From positions 1-64,000 of the forward strand of contig OZ287700.1 in assembly GCA_965649825.1 (NCBI GenBank): a stretch of 64,000 nucleotides of DNA, given 5' to 3'. Of the stretch, positions 1 through 12,830 are shown piece after piece; the stretch's first letter is position 1, and each line of letters starts with the position of its first letter. The notes under the pieces were generated by a model. It was not told the origin of the DNA. It did not search any database and was given only the letters and a program-made list of their open reading frames with translations. Source of the stretch: Penicillus capitatus (lineage: Eukaryota > Plantae > Chlorophyta). The translations under genes and the position numbers were made by a program.

Positions 1-3000
1 CTGAACTTAATAAAGGGATCAACTCAAGGGCCGGCGGTTAACATTGAACATTCTCTATCACCCGCTTTGAACATTCTCTATACCCCATCTAGAACGTGCT
101 TCTGAACTTAATAAGGGATCAACTCTAGGGCCCGGCGGTTAACATCGAACATTCTCTATCCCCACTTTGAACATCTTCTTATATCCTTATAACACGTGCT
201 TCTGAACTTAATAAAGGGATCAACTATAGGGCCCGGCGGTTAACATTGAACATTCTCTATCCCCGCTTTGAACATTCTCTATACCCCATCTAGAACGTGC
301 TTCTGAACTTAATAAAGGGATCAACTCTAGGCCCGGCGGTTAACTTGAAGGTATCAACGCAGAGTACTCTTATAACACGTGCTTCTGAACTTAATAAAGG
401 GATCAACTCTAGGGCCCGGCGGTTAACATTGAACATTCTCTATCCCCCGCTTTGAACATTCTCTATACCCCATCTAGAACGTGCTTCTGAACTTAATAAA
501 GGGATCAACTCTAGGGCCCGGCGGTTAACATCGAACATTCTCTATCCCCCACTTTGAACATCTTCTATATCCTTATAACACGTGCTTCTGAACTTAATAA
601 AGGGATCAACTCTAGGGCCCGGCGGTTAACATTGAACATTCTCTATCCCCCGCTTTGAACATTCTCTATACCCCATCTAGAACGTGCTTCTGAACTTAAT
701 AAAGGGATCAACTCTAGGGCCCGGCGGTTAACATCGAACATTCTCTATCCCCCACTTTGAACATCTTCTATATCCTTATAACACGTGCTTCTGAACTTAA
801 TAAAGGGATCAACTCTAGGGCCCGGCGGTTAACATTGAACATTCTCTATCCCCCGCTTTGAACATTCTCTATACCCCATCTAGAACGTGCTTCTGAACTT
901 AATAAAGGGATCAACTCTAGGGCCCGGCGGTTAACATCGAACATTCTCTATCCCCCACTTTGAACATCTTCTATATCCTTATAACACGTGCTTCTGAACT
1001 TAATAAAGGGATCAACTCTAGGGCCCGGCGGTTAACATTGAACATTCTCTATCCCCCGCTTTGAACATTCTCTATACCCCATCTAGAACGTGCTTCTGAA
1101 CTTAATAAAGGGATCAACTCTAGGGCCCGGCGGTTAACATCGAACATTCTCTATCCCCCACTTTGAACATCTTCTATATCCTTATAACACGTGCTTCTGA
1201 ACTTAATAAAGGGATCAACTCTAGGGCCCGGCGGTTAACATTGAACATTCTCTATCCCCCGCTTTGAACATTCTCTATACCCCATCTAGAACGTGCTTCT
1301 GAACTTAATAAAGGGATCAACTCTAGGGCCCGGCGGTTAACATCGAACATTCTCTATCCCCCACTTTGAACATCTTCTATATCCTTATAACACGTGCTTC
1401 TGAACTTAATAAAGGGATCAACTCTAGGGCCCGGCGGTTAACATTGAACATTCTCTATCCCCCGCTTTGAACATTCTCTATACCCCATCTAGAACGTGCT
1501 TCTGAACTTAATAAAGGGATCAACTCTAGGGCCCGGCGGTTAACATCGAACATTCTCTATCCCCCACTTTGAACATCTTCTATATCCTTATAACACGTGC
1601 TTCTGAACTTAATAAAGGGATCAACTCTAGGGCCCGGCGGTTAACATTGAACATTCTCTATCCCCCGCTTTGAACATTCTCTATACCCCATCTAGAACGT
1701 GCTTCTGAACTTAATAAAGGGATCAACTCTAGGGCCCGGCGGTTAACATCGAACATTCTCTATCCCCCACTTTGAACATCTTCTATATCCTTATAACACG
1801 TGCTTCTGAACTTAATAAAGGGATCAACTCTAGGGCCCGGCGGTTAACATTGAACATTCTCTATCCCCCGCTTTGAACATTCTCTATACCCCATCTAGAA
1901 CGTGCTTCTGAACTTAATAAAGGGATCAACTCTAGGGCCCGGCGGTTAACATCGAACATTCTCTATCCCCCACTTTGAACATCTTCTATATCCTTATAAC
2001 ACGTGCTTCTGAACTTAATAAAGGGATCAACTCTAGGGCCCGGCGGTTAACATTGAACATTCTCTATCCCCCGCTTTGAACATTCTCTATACCCCATCTA
2101 GAACGTGCTTCTGAACTTAATAAAGGGATCAACTCTAGGGCCCGGCGGTTAACATCGAACATTCTCTATCCCCCACTTTGAACATCTTCTATATCCTTAT
2201 AACACGTGCTTCTGAACTTAATAAAGGGATCAACTCTAGGGCCCGGCGGTTAACATTGAACATTCTCTATCCCCCGCTTTGAACATTCTCTATACCCCAT
2301 CTAGAACGTGCTTCTGAACTTAATAAAGGGATCAACTCTAGGGCCCGGCGGTTAACATCGAACATTCTCTATCCCCCACTTTGAACATCTTCTATATCCT
2401 TATAACACGTGCTTCTGAACTTAATAAAGGGATCAACTCTAGGGCCCGGCGGTTAACATTGAACATTCTCTATCCCCCGCTTTGAACATTCTCTATACCC
2501 CATCTAGAACGTGCTTCTGAACTTAATAAAGGGATCAACTCTAGGGCCCGGCGGTTAACATCGAACATTCTCTATCCCCCACTTTGAACATCTTCTATAT
2601 CCTTATAACACGTGCTTCTGAACTTAATAAAGGGATCAACTCTAGGGCCCGGCGGTTAACATTGAACATTCTCTATCCCCCGCTTTGAACATTCTCTATA
2701 CCCCATCTAGAACGTGCTTCTGAACTTAATAAAGGGATCAACTCTAGGGCCCGGCGGTTAACATCGAACATTCTCTATCCCCCACTTTGAACATCTTCTA
2801 TATCCTTATAACACGTGCTTCTGAACTTAATAAAGGGATCAACTCTAGGGCCCGGCGGTTAACATTGAACATTCTCTATCCCCCGCTTTGAACATTCTCT
2901 ATACCCCATCTAGAACGTGCTTCTGAACTTAATAAAGGGATCAACTCTAGGGCCCGGCGGTTAACATCGAACATTCTCTATCCCCCACTTTGAACATCTT

Positions 3001-6000
3001 CTATATCCTTATAACACGTGCTTCTGAACTTAATAAAGGGATCAACTCTAGGGCCCGGCGGTTAACATTGAACATTCTCTATCCCCCGCTTTGAACATTC
3101 TCTATACCCCATCTAGAACGTGCTTCTGAACTTAATAAAGGGATCAACTCTAGGGCCCGGCGGTTAACATCGAACATTCTCTATCCCCCACTTTGAACAT
3201 CTTCTATATCCTTATAACACGTGCTTCTGAACTTAATAAAGGGATCAACTCTAGGGCCCGGCGGTTAACATTGAACATTCTCTATCCCCCGCTTTGAACA
3301 TTCTCTATACCCCATCTAGAACGTGCTTCTGAACTTAATAAAGGGATCAACTCTAGGGCCCGGCGGTTAACATCGAACATTCTCTATCCCCCACTTTGAA
3401 CATCTTCTATATCCTTATAACACGTGCTTCTGAACTTAATAAAGGGATCAACTCTAGGGCCCGGCGGTTAACATTGAACATTCTCTATCCCCCGCTTTGA
3501 ACATTCTCTATACCCCATCTAGAACGTGCTTCTGAACTTAATAAAGGGATCAACTCTAGGGCCCGGCGGTTAACATCGAACATTCTCTATCCCCCACTTT
3601 GAACATCTTCTATATCCTTATAACACGTGCTTCTGAACTTAATAAAGGGATCAACTCTAGGGCCCGGCGGTTAACATTGAACATTCTCTATCCCCCGCTT
3701 TGAACATTCTCTATACCCCATCTAGAACGTGCTTCTGAACTTAATAAAGGGATCAACTCTAGGGCCCGGCGGTTAACATCGAACATTCTCTATCCCCCAC
3801 TTTGAACATCTTCTATATCCTTATAACACGTGCTTCTGAACTTAATAAAGGGATCAACTCTAGGGCCCGGCGGTTAACATTGAACATTCTCTATCCCCCG
3901 CTTTGAACATTCTCTATACCCCATCTAGAACGTGCTTCTGAACTTAATAAAGGGATCAACTCTAGGGCCCGGCGGTTAACATCGAACATTCTCTATCCCC
4001 CACTTTGAACATCTTCTATATCCTTATAACACGTGCTTCTGAACTTAATAAAGGGATCAACTCTAGGGCCCGGCGGTTAACATTGAACATTCTCTATCCC
4101 CCGCTTTGAACATTCTCTATACCCCATCTAGAACGTGCTTCTGAACTTAATAAAGGGATCAACTCTAGGGCCCGGCGGTTAACATCGAACATTCTCTATC
4201 CCCCACTTTGAACATCTTCTATATCCTTATAACACGTGCTTCTGAACTTAATAAAGGGATCAACTCTAGGGCCCGGCGGTTAACATTGAACATTCTCTAT
4301 CCCCCGCTTTGAACATTCTCTATACCCCATCTAGAACGTGCTTCTGAACTTAATAAAGGGATCAACTCTAGGGCCCGGCGGTTAACATCGAACATTCTCT
4401 ATCCCCCACTTTGAACATCTTCTATATCCTTATAACACGTGCTTCTGAACTTAATAAAGGGATCAACTCTAGGGCCCGGCGGTTAACATTGAACATTCTC
4501 TATCCCCCGCTTTGAACATTCTCTATACCCCATCTAGAACGTGCTTCTGAACTTAATAAAGGGATCAACTCTAGGGCCCGGCGGTTAACATCGAACATTC
4601 TCTATCCCCCACTTTGAACATCTTCTATATCCTTATAACACGTGCTTCTGAACTTAATAAAGGGATCAACTCTAGGGCCCGGCGGTTAACATTGAACATT
4701 CTCTATCCCCCGCTTTGAACATTCTCTATACCCCATCTAGAACGTGCTTCTGAACTTAATAAAGGGATCAACTCTAGGGCCCGGCGGTTAACATCGAACA
4801 TTCTCTATCCCCCACTTTGAACATCTTCTATATCCTTATAACACGTGCTTCTGAACTTAATAAAGGGATCAACTCTAGGGCCCGGCGGTTAACATTGAAC
4901 ATTCTCTATCCCCCGCTTTGAACATTCTCTATACCCCATCTAGAACGTGCTTCTGAACTTAATAAAGGGATCAACTCTAGGGCCCGGCGGTTAACATCGA
5001 ACATTCTCTATCCCCCACTTTGAACATCTTCTATATCCTTATAACACGTGCTTCTGAACTTAATAAAGGGATCAACTCTAGGGCCCGGCGGTTAACATTG
5101 AACATTCTCTATCCCCCGCTTTGAACATTCTCTATACCCCATCTAGAACGTGCTTCTGAACTTAATAAAGGGATCAACTCTAGGGCCCGGCGGTTAACAT
5201 CGAACATTCTCTATCCCCCACTTTGAACATCTTCTATATCCTTATAACACGTGCTTCTGAACTTAATAAAGGGATCAACTCTAGGGCCCGGCGGTTAACA
5301 TTGAACATTCTCTATCCCCCGCTTTGAACATTCTCTATACCCCATCTAGAACGTGCTTCTGAACTTAATAAAGGGATCAACTCTAGGGCCCGGCGGTTAA
5401 CATCGAACATTCTCTATCCCCCACTTTGAACATCTTCTATATCCTTATAACACGTGCTTCTGAACTTAATAAAGGGATCAACTCTAGGGCCCGGCGGTTA
5501 ACATTGAACATTCTCTATCCCCCGCTTTGAACATTCTCTATACCCCATCTAGAACGTGCTTCTGAACTTAATAAAGGGATCAACTCTAGGGCCCGGCGGT
5601 TAACATTGAACATTCTCTATCCCCCGCTTTGAACATTCTCTATACCCCATCTAGAACGTGCTTCTGAACTTAATAAAGGGATCAACTCTAGGGCCCGGCG
5701 GTTAACATTGAACATTCTCTATCCCCCGCTTTGAACATTCTCTATACCCCATCTAGAACGTGCTTCTGAACTTAATAAAGGGATCAACTCTAGGGCCCGG
5801 CGGTTAACATCGAACATTCTCTATCCCCCACTTTGAACATCTTCTATATCCTTATAACACGTGCTTCTGAACTTAATAAAGGGATCAACTCTAGGGCCCG
5901 GCGGTTAACATTGAACATTCTCTATCCCCCGCTTTGAACATTCTCTATACCCCATCTAGAACGTGCTTCTGAACTTAATAAAGGGATCAACTCTAGGGCC

Positions 6001-7745
6001 CGGCGGTTAACATTGAACATTCTCTATCCCCCGCTTTGAACATTCTCTATACCCCATCTAGAACGTGCTTCTGAACTTAATAAAGGGATCAACTCTAGGG
6101 CCCGGCGGTTAACATCGAACATTCTCTATCCCCCACTTTGAACATCTTCTATATCCTTATAACACGTGCTTCTGAACTTAATAAAGGGATCAACTCTAGG
6201 GCCCGGCGGTTAACATCGAACATTCTCTATCCCCCACTTTGAACATCTTCTATATCCTTATAACACGTGCTTCTGAACTTAATAAAGGGATCAACTCTAG
6301 GGCCCGGCGGTTAACATCGAACATTCTCTATCCCCCGCTTTGAACATTCTCTATACCCCATCTAGAACGTGCTTCTGAACTTAATAAAGGGATCAACTCT
6401 AGGGCCCGGCGGTTAACATCGAACATTCTCTATCCCCCACTTTGAACATCTTCTATATCCTTATAACACGTGCTTCTGAACTTAATAAAGGGATCAACTC
6501 TAGGGCCCGGCGGTTAACATTGAACATTCTCTATCCCCCGCTTTGAACATTCTCTATACCCCATCTAGAACGTGCTTCTGAACTTAATAAAGGGATCAAC
6601 TCTAGGGCCCGGCGGTTAACATCGAACATTCTCTATCCCCCACTTTGAACATCTTCTATATCCTTATAACACGTGCTTCTGAACTTAATAAAGGGATCAA
6701 CTCTAGGGCCCGGCGGTTAACATCGAACATTCTCTATCCCCCACTTTGAACATCTTCTATATCCTTATAACACGTGCTTCTGAACTTAATAAAGGGATCA
6801 ACTCTAGGGCCCGGCGGTTAACATCGAACATTCTCTATCCCCCACTTTGAACATCTTCTATATCCTTATAACACGTGCTTCTGAACTTAATAAAGGGATC
6901 AACTCTAGGGCCCGGCGGTTAACATTGAACATTCTCTATCCCCCGCTTTGAACATTCTCTATACCCCATCTAGAACGTGCTTCTGAACTTAATAAAGGGA
7001 TCAACTCTAGGGCCCGGCGGTTAACATCGAACATTCTCTATCCCCCACTTTGAACATCTTCTATATCCTTATAACACGTGCTTCTGAACTTAATAAAGGG
7101 ATCAACTCTAGGGCCCGGCGGTTAACATTGAACATTCTCTATCCCCCGCTTTGAACATTCTCTATACCCCATCTAGAACGTGCTTCTGAACTTAATAAAG
7201 GGATCAACTCTAGGGCCCGGCGGTTAACATCGAACATTCTCTATCCCCCACTTTGAACATCTTCTATATCCTTATAACACGTGCTTCTGAACTTAATAAA
7301 GGGATCAACTCTAGGGCCCGGCGGTTAACATTGAACATTCTCTATCCCCCGCTTTGAACATTCTCTATACCCCATCTAGAACGTGCTTCTGAACTTAATA
7401 AAGGGATCAACTCTAGGGCCCGGCGGTTAACATCGAACATTCTCTATCCCCCCCTTTGAACATCTTCTATATCCTTATAACACGTGCTTCTGAACTTAAT
7501 AAAGGGATCAACTCTAGGGCCCGGCGGTTAACATCGAACATTCTCTATCCCCCACTTTGAACATCTTCTATATCCTTATAACACGTGCTTCTGAACTTAA
7601 TAAAGGGATCAACTCTAGGGCCCGGCGGTTAACATTGAACATTCTCTATCCCCCGCTTTGAACATTCTCTATACCCCATCTAGAACGTGCTTCTGAACTT
7701 AATAAAGGGATCAACTCTAGGGCCCGGCGGTTAACATTGAACATT
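1..7745. repeat. Tandem satellite array: about 76 monomers of 102 bp (type A) and 101 bp (type B), forming a 203-bp AB higher-order repeat
   Basis: Monomer starts CTGAACTTAATAAAGGGATCAACTCTAGGGCCCGGCGGTTAAC. A continues ATTGAAC...CGCTTTGAACATTCTCTATACCCCATCTAGAACG; B continues ATCGAAC...CACTTTGAACATCTTCTATATCCTTATAACACG. Strict (AB)x25 from 385 to 5459, irregular order from 5460 to 7745. Confidence 0.98.
350..368 (+). other. Library adapter remnant (SMART / PacBio ultra-low-input amplification primer)
   Basis: GGTATCAACGCAGAGTACT matches the 3' 19 nt of AAGCAGTGGTATCAACGCAGAGTACT and replaces the middle of a satellite monomer. Confidence 0.9.
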
Positions 7746-7957
7746 TTTTATCTGGTGTTTTACATAGTTTTTATGTGTCCGGGTCCCGGCGGTTTCCTAT
7801 GTGTACATGTACCCCTAACTTGTTCTTGATAACCACAGGCCCCTAAGGTTGTTTTTCTTGTCAAGTTCAAAAGCACGCGATAAGTGAGAGTAGCTGTTTG
7901 CGAAGCCGATGATAGAGGCAATTTGTACGAAAGGTGAGTGAGCTTTAAGATGGGCCC

Positions 7958-8400
7958 GCATGGGGACGCACGGGAAGGTTCTGCATGTCTGCCGAACGAC
8001 TCGACCAAGGCAACCGGGATGCTAGTAGGAGTGTTTTGCGTTGGTTTGCGTGCTCGATGGCGGCCAACTCGTTGCTCGACTCGGAGGTGAAACGCTGATG
8101 TGACGACCTGCTGAACAGCTGAACATGTTTGCATGGAGGTCCACGGGAAGGTTCCGCATGTCGGCCTGACGACTCGACCAAGGTAACCGGGATGCTGGTA
8201 GGAGTGTTTTGCGCTGGTTTGCGTGCTCGATGGCGGCCAACTCGTTGCCGGACCCGTAGCTGGAAATCTGATGTGACGACCCGCTGAACCGCTGAACGGG
8301 TCCGCATGGGGGTGCACGGGAAGGTTCCGCATGTTCTCCAAACGACTTGGCCGAAGCAACTGGGATGTTCCTAGAAGTTCAACATGTGCATCCACGTGCA
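7958..8400. repeat. Degenerate 173-bp tandem repeat, about 2.5 copies, next to the satellite
   Basis: GCATGG...CACGGGAAGGTTC(T/C)GCATGT...ACGAC recurs at 7958, 8131 and 8304 (period 173). Confidence 0.85.
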
Positions 8401-8699
8401 GGTTTGCATCCATCGAGATCTTCAAGTCGTCGTCGGCTTCGGGTCGTAACAATTTAACCGTAGCTGCGGGTCGTAACAATTGAAGCAAAGGGGGGACCCT
8501 TTTTTCGGCTCTGAGACGTTTCACCTCAGGCATCTGTCGCCGAGCGATGTGACCTTGTCTTGTTCTGTGGGGGTCAGCTGTGCGCAGGGGCGCTGCCTGT
8601 CTTGTCGACTGTGTCTTAGGACGATCTTCTCTGGTCCAGGTGCGCGATGACTCACTCTTTCGTGGAGTCGCATCATCAGGGCCGCATAAAGGGGGAAGA

Positions 8700-9065
8700 A
8701 TGGGTGGACTTTTGTTCTTACACACATACGTTTCTTGTTGTAAGACTTTCTGTTTACCTCGCATCCTAGCGGATCACGACGCAGAACACAACGTTCAACG
8801 CGCTACCATCCTCTACGCGCCTCTCTATCCCTCCTTCGAAGACCGCCTTAACAGATTTCGTCAGGCGGAAACATCCGATTTGCAACAGCGAGGGGCAGAG
8901 CCGATCATCGACAACGCGGAGATATACGGCTCGCAGCGAAGCTCCGAAGACGCTAGTGTTGACCTAGTAGCGCCGCTTCCAGAAGACATCCCTTCTCCCG
9001 GACCTCCAGACGCTGTCATGATGAACAGACCCCCGGGGATGGCTTTACGCGACAGCATCGACTGA
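8700..9065 (+). CDS. Hypothetical protein of about 100 aa (MADHDAEHNVQR...), possible intron 8704-8769
   Basis: ATG G|GT...CCTAG|CG splice joins to an open frame ending at 9065. No recognisable homology. Confidence 0.3.
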   Translation: MGGLLFLHTYVSCCKTFCLPRILADHDAEHNVQRATILYAPLYPSFEDRLNRFRQAETSDLQQRGAEPIIDNAEIYGSQRSSEDASVDLVAPLPEDIPSPGPPDAVMMNRPPGMALRDSID

Positions 9066-9589
9066 AGACCGTAGTTTCCATTTTTTGTGGGTGTTTGCTT
9101 GCAGTGTTTTTCGGAGTTGGCGGGAAGCGTGGCGTCGCTTAGCGATGGGACTTTGTCTTGTGGACGGAGGGTTCACCTTGGCAGGAGGTGCTGGCTGAGT
9201 CATCCGAGGCTGTCCAGAGCTCCATGCTCTGGTGAACAAGTGGATCAGTGGCAACAACCAGCTGCCCATTAGGATTTTTACAATTGCGTTGTCTAAAGAA
9301 GAGCTCCACTTCCGACAACCTTGTAATTTTTTTGTCATAAATTCTTGTTAGAAGTTTTCGTAGTTGTGGCGGCGGCGGCGCAGGACGTGAAGGCGATCCA
9401 ATGATGTGTCAATATTCTTAAAAACTGCGCACACAATAGAGGAGTACTTCGGCAACATTGGACTGTAAGCATGGAGGGCGTCTCGCTGAAAAAATGTAAC
9501 CACGCCGCGATCGTCTCATCGGTATCGTTCGCGTCGGCAGGGATCGACCACCCTATAAGACACTGTCCCTTGTCGACGACATTGCACAG

Positions 9590-10167
9590 ACGTTGCAGAT
9601 GTGGTTCTAGTCTTTCACGATCTTGAAAAGTTTTACACCAATTGGCTCCTTTATGAGAATTCCTTGAACATCCATCGCAAACTAAAACACAGGGATCAAT
9701 GTTTACAAGCAAGCAAGCACAATATCTCCCCGTGCATCCAGGTAACAACACCATTCTCTAGAATGTTGGATGTTATCGACGGTCGGGAAGGTTATCCGCC
9801 GTGTTTGGTATTTGAGTTCGGCCAAGACACTGAGAACCACATCCTGATCTTCGAGATGATTGCAGACCCACAAAACTAACGTGTGCTTTGAGATGTGCCG
9901 TTCTGGCAGAGAGATTTGAGAACTAGATTTCCCCGCATGCCACTCTTTGACACATATGCCAAATCTGACCAAGCTTTCGTGACCTGTGCCAGGCAAGAGA
10001 GCTCGCCCATCAGCAGACTTACGACAACTGTCCGGCCAGAGTCACATCAAGACAACATTGCGCCTCAAATCTACTTCAACTGGGAATGTATCGGTATGGC
10101 TTCTGCCCATGCGACGCCACTGCATAGCCATGTAATTCTTTACGAACATCATATGAATATCTGTTAG
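9590..10167 (+). pseudogene. Possible degraded protein-kinase-like fragment
   Basis: Segments LEKFY...LNIHRKL, RMLDVIDG...PPCLVFEFG and QRDLRT loosely resemble kinase subdomains II-VIb; frames are broken. Confidence 0.25.
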
Positions 10168-10203
10168 GACGTGAGATGGACATCGGATTCTAGCAGTGTC
10201 TAG

Positions 10204-10657
10204 TCACTTCAACGATGTGCTTGATATGACTGGTTGTGTATAGAAGGAGCCAGATGGGCCTCCTCGTTGTAACAAAGGTTGGCGTGTTCTGGTAATACGA
10301 TCCTCAACAATACCCACGAGCATGGGGCGATCCATCTCCAAACTTGTGTCGCCCACTTTCAGGTTTTCGTCCATCGCGCTTTTGATCGTCGCCAACTTAG
10401 CGTCCAGCCTGTTAATGGCATGAGCTGTCGCGTCGATATAAGTCTGTGTCAGACGCCTGCCACGGCTATCTGAGGCACCGGAAGGAGCTAAGACACACAA
10501 GATAATCAATACAGGAAGTCGCGTATGTGCACTTACTGACGGGCAGGCGACAACGGTTCTGGCCCCGCGGACCGGACACGCTGTCCGCGTCCTGATGGGA
10601 CAGCGGTCCGTGGGCGCCAGGGGTATTTATTGGCTGGTGTGCCCCACCCTGTAGCAT
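10204..10657 (-). CDS. Orphan helical protein, paralog of 18444-19024 (intron 10536-10488)
   Basis: GTAAGT...CTTAG phase-1 intron. Exon 2 encodes LTQTYIDATAHAINRLDAKLATIKSAMDENLKVGDTSLEMDRPML, 23/45 identical to the 18444 gene. Start codon uncertain. Confidence 0.55.
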
Positions 10658-11439
10658 TAGCTTTTGCTCAGGACTGTCTCCTTCGTTTCGCTGTCCGAAG
10701 ACGCCTCACAACACGTTCGCAAGGCACGCAAGACATGAACGCGCAGACAGATGCGACGACAAGACACGTGATGTGACGTCTCGCGTCCCCTTAACGGCAT
10801 CCCATCGGCCATCGCCAAGACACCTTTATCTCAGACCCGACGGCGCCTGATAGGCGAGACACGTATCTGTCGACGTCTGCTTACCAAAAGGAGAGATACA
10901 TGACGACAAAGAACATGTCAGGGCTGCCGTCGCGAGGCTTCATGGGCACAGGCTACACCCAGTGCGTGAACGAAGAACCCAGAAGAGAAACCCTGTGACA
11001 GTATCTTGGAATGATAGCACAAGGAGATGAGCGTGTTCTTGTGCTGAGAGTTGAGATGGCATCTGTTGTCCTCCATATTTCCACAGAAAACGCGTCGGAA
11101 CGAGACCAAATGGTAGCTCCATTAAGCGTGCAAACATATCTTGCCAGAAGACGAAAGTGGTTGTTGACTGCACTATAGAATGGCCGCTGAACCACGAGCC
11201 AGTAAAACTGAGGACTGAAATATGATGCTCAGCCAAAAGTACGTGTACGTTCGTTCGGGCGGTCAAAACGGCCTTCCTCCGATCTTCGCGGCGACGGCTG
11301 GGCCTTCATCCGATCTTCGAGACTATATAACTGCGCAAATCATTTGACGATCCATCGGAAGCACGTCGCAACCACAGCTTCGACCATTGCCACCCTGCAC
11401 CGCGCCTCGAATTTCCTGTTGTTTGTATCAGGCTACACC

Positions 11440-12073
11440 ATGACAGAATGGAGTGCAGATTTCAATTATCATCCGCGCAGCGTTGCTCCAAAGAGCAAAT
11501 TTCGCCCTAACGAGGCGCAACTACACCTCCTGCATCAACACTTTAACGCAGGTACGTCAATCCGCACCAACTGAGCTGTGCAATCGGTCGAACGGATGCC
11601 CTATAGGAATGACCAAGGCGACACCTGAGCTTTTTCATGCGGTGAGGCAAGCAGGCCCGGCGACGAAGAATCAAGTCGTGCTATGGATAAAAAACTGGCG
11701 AGCACGTGCAAGACAGCATCAAAAGAGGGCAACCTCTGAACCATCTGGCATACCGGCTGCCGACAGTGAAAGCGTCTGTCGTCTACTGAGAGAGCCTAGT
11801 TTGCAAGAAGCCGGTGATCTGGCCACGAGTGGAAACGAGGAGCGCGATGATGGCCAGACGATTTCGAACTTCGGTCGCGTGCACTCGGCATTGCTCGCAC
11901 AGTTGTTCCCAGCTTTGCAGTCTGTCGCGTCGCAGGATGCGGAGAATCTGAAAACCAAGATTAAAACCTCAACAAGAATATTCTTTTTCGGCGTCGACAA
12001 AGAAGGAAGCGTTCTACAGGCCTTCGAAAGCAATCTGAACAGCCTGGGTTTCAACACATTGTCACCGCCATGA
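11440..12073 (+). CDS. WUSCHEL-related (WOX-like) homeodomain protein, 192 aa; exons 11440-11551 and 11607-12073
   Basis: A 55-nt GT-AG intron joins KFRPNEAQLHLLHQHFNAG to MTKATPELFHAVRQAGPATKNQVVLWIKNWRARARQHQKR. This resembles the WOX pattern RWxPxPEQ..LE..FNSGM...G.....NV.YWFQN..AR.RQ. Confidence 0.7.
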
Positions 12074-12768
12074 AGTCAAGGAAGGAAGAAGAACTGAAGG
12101 GGAAGATGATATCATGACATGAAGCATGACGCCATCATAACGTCATGCTAAGAGATCATGTAAAAGGGGATTATTGAAAACAGACATCATCTTTTAACAA
12201 CACTTGTCTGTTCGTTTTCACGACTCGATATTTGCGCGTATCAACATGTTTCGTGCGAGATCTTAATGCTCCTCTGCTGAGAGATAACGATCTCTTCATA
12301 GTCGCAATTGGACCGAGTTCTTACGCCCAGGTAACTCGCTCCTCTCTCGTAAATGTGCGAGAGACTTAGTATGGACGGCGCATGGATGCGTTCTGTAGGT
12401 ACAGCCACCATCTCTGGAAACACTAGATGCGAACGCATGGGTTACCTTATTAACATCATCATGCCAAACAGGTCTGCATCTGTACGTGGATCACGTAATA
12501 TACATTCCATCGCAAGTTTTACCGCCTGCCACACTAGTCGATGACAGAAATCTTGGAGGTCAAGACGGAGAGATAGTTTCCTCGCAGCCGGAAAGCCATA
12601 TGAGCTTCATACCGCCAGGCGCCTGTTTCGAGGTGTCTCTGTTCCTCTTTCTGCAGAGTCTTTTCGTGATGCTCCGCTAGAAGTGCATTTCTGCAAAAGT
12701 CATGTCCATTAGAGGGAGCAGTCTCCACTATAAAGCCCGTTTCCGCTGCGATCGTTGTGCATAGAAGC

Positions 12769-12830
12769 TGATCCATATATGTCGTGATCTCTGTCTCCCA
12801 CTCACCTACCTGTGATCCATATATGTCGTG
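12769..12830. repeat. 18-bp perfect direct repeat with 26-bp spacer, inside a degraded minus-strand ORF
   Basis: TGATCCATATATGTCGTG at 12769-12786 and 12813-12830. Confidence 0.9.

Noticed and set aside
1-7745. CRISPR array or synthetic concatemer (repeat contains ApaI, HpaI, XbaI and PmlI sites)
   Set aside because: No unique spacers and no cas genes, in a eukaryotic context. Scrambled edge monomers and a degenerate flanking copy argue for a genomic satellite.
7760-8764. 334-aa minus-strand ORF
   Set aside because: Runs across the 173-bp repeat (not a multiple of 3, so each copy is read in a different frame); no domain recognised; likely spurious.
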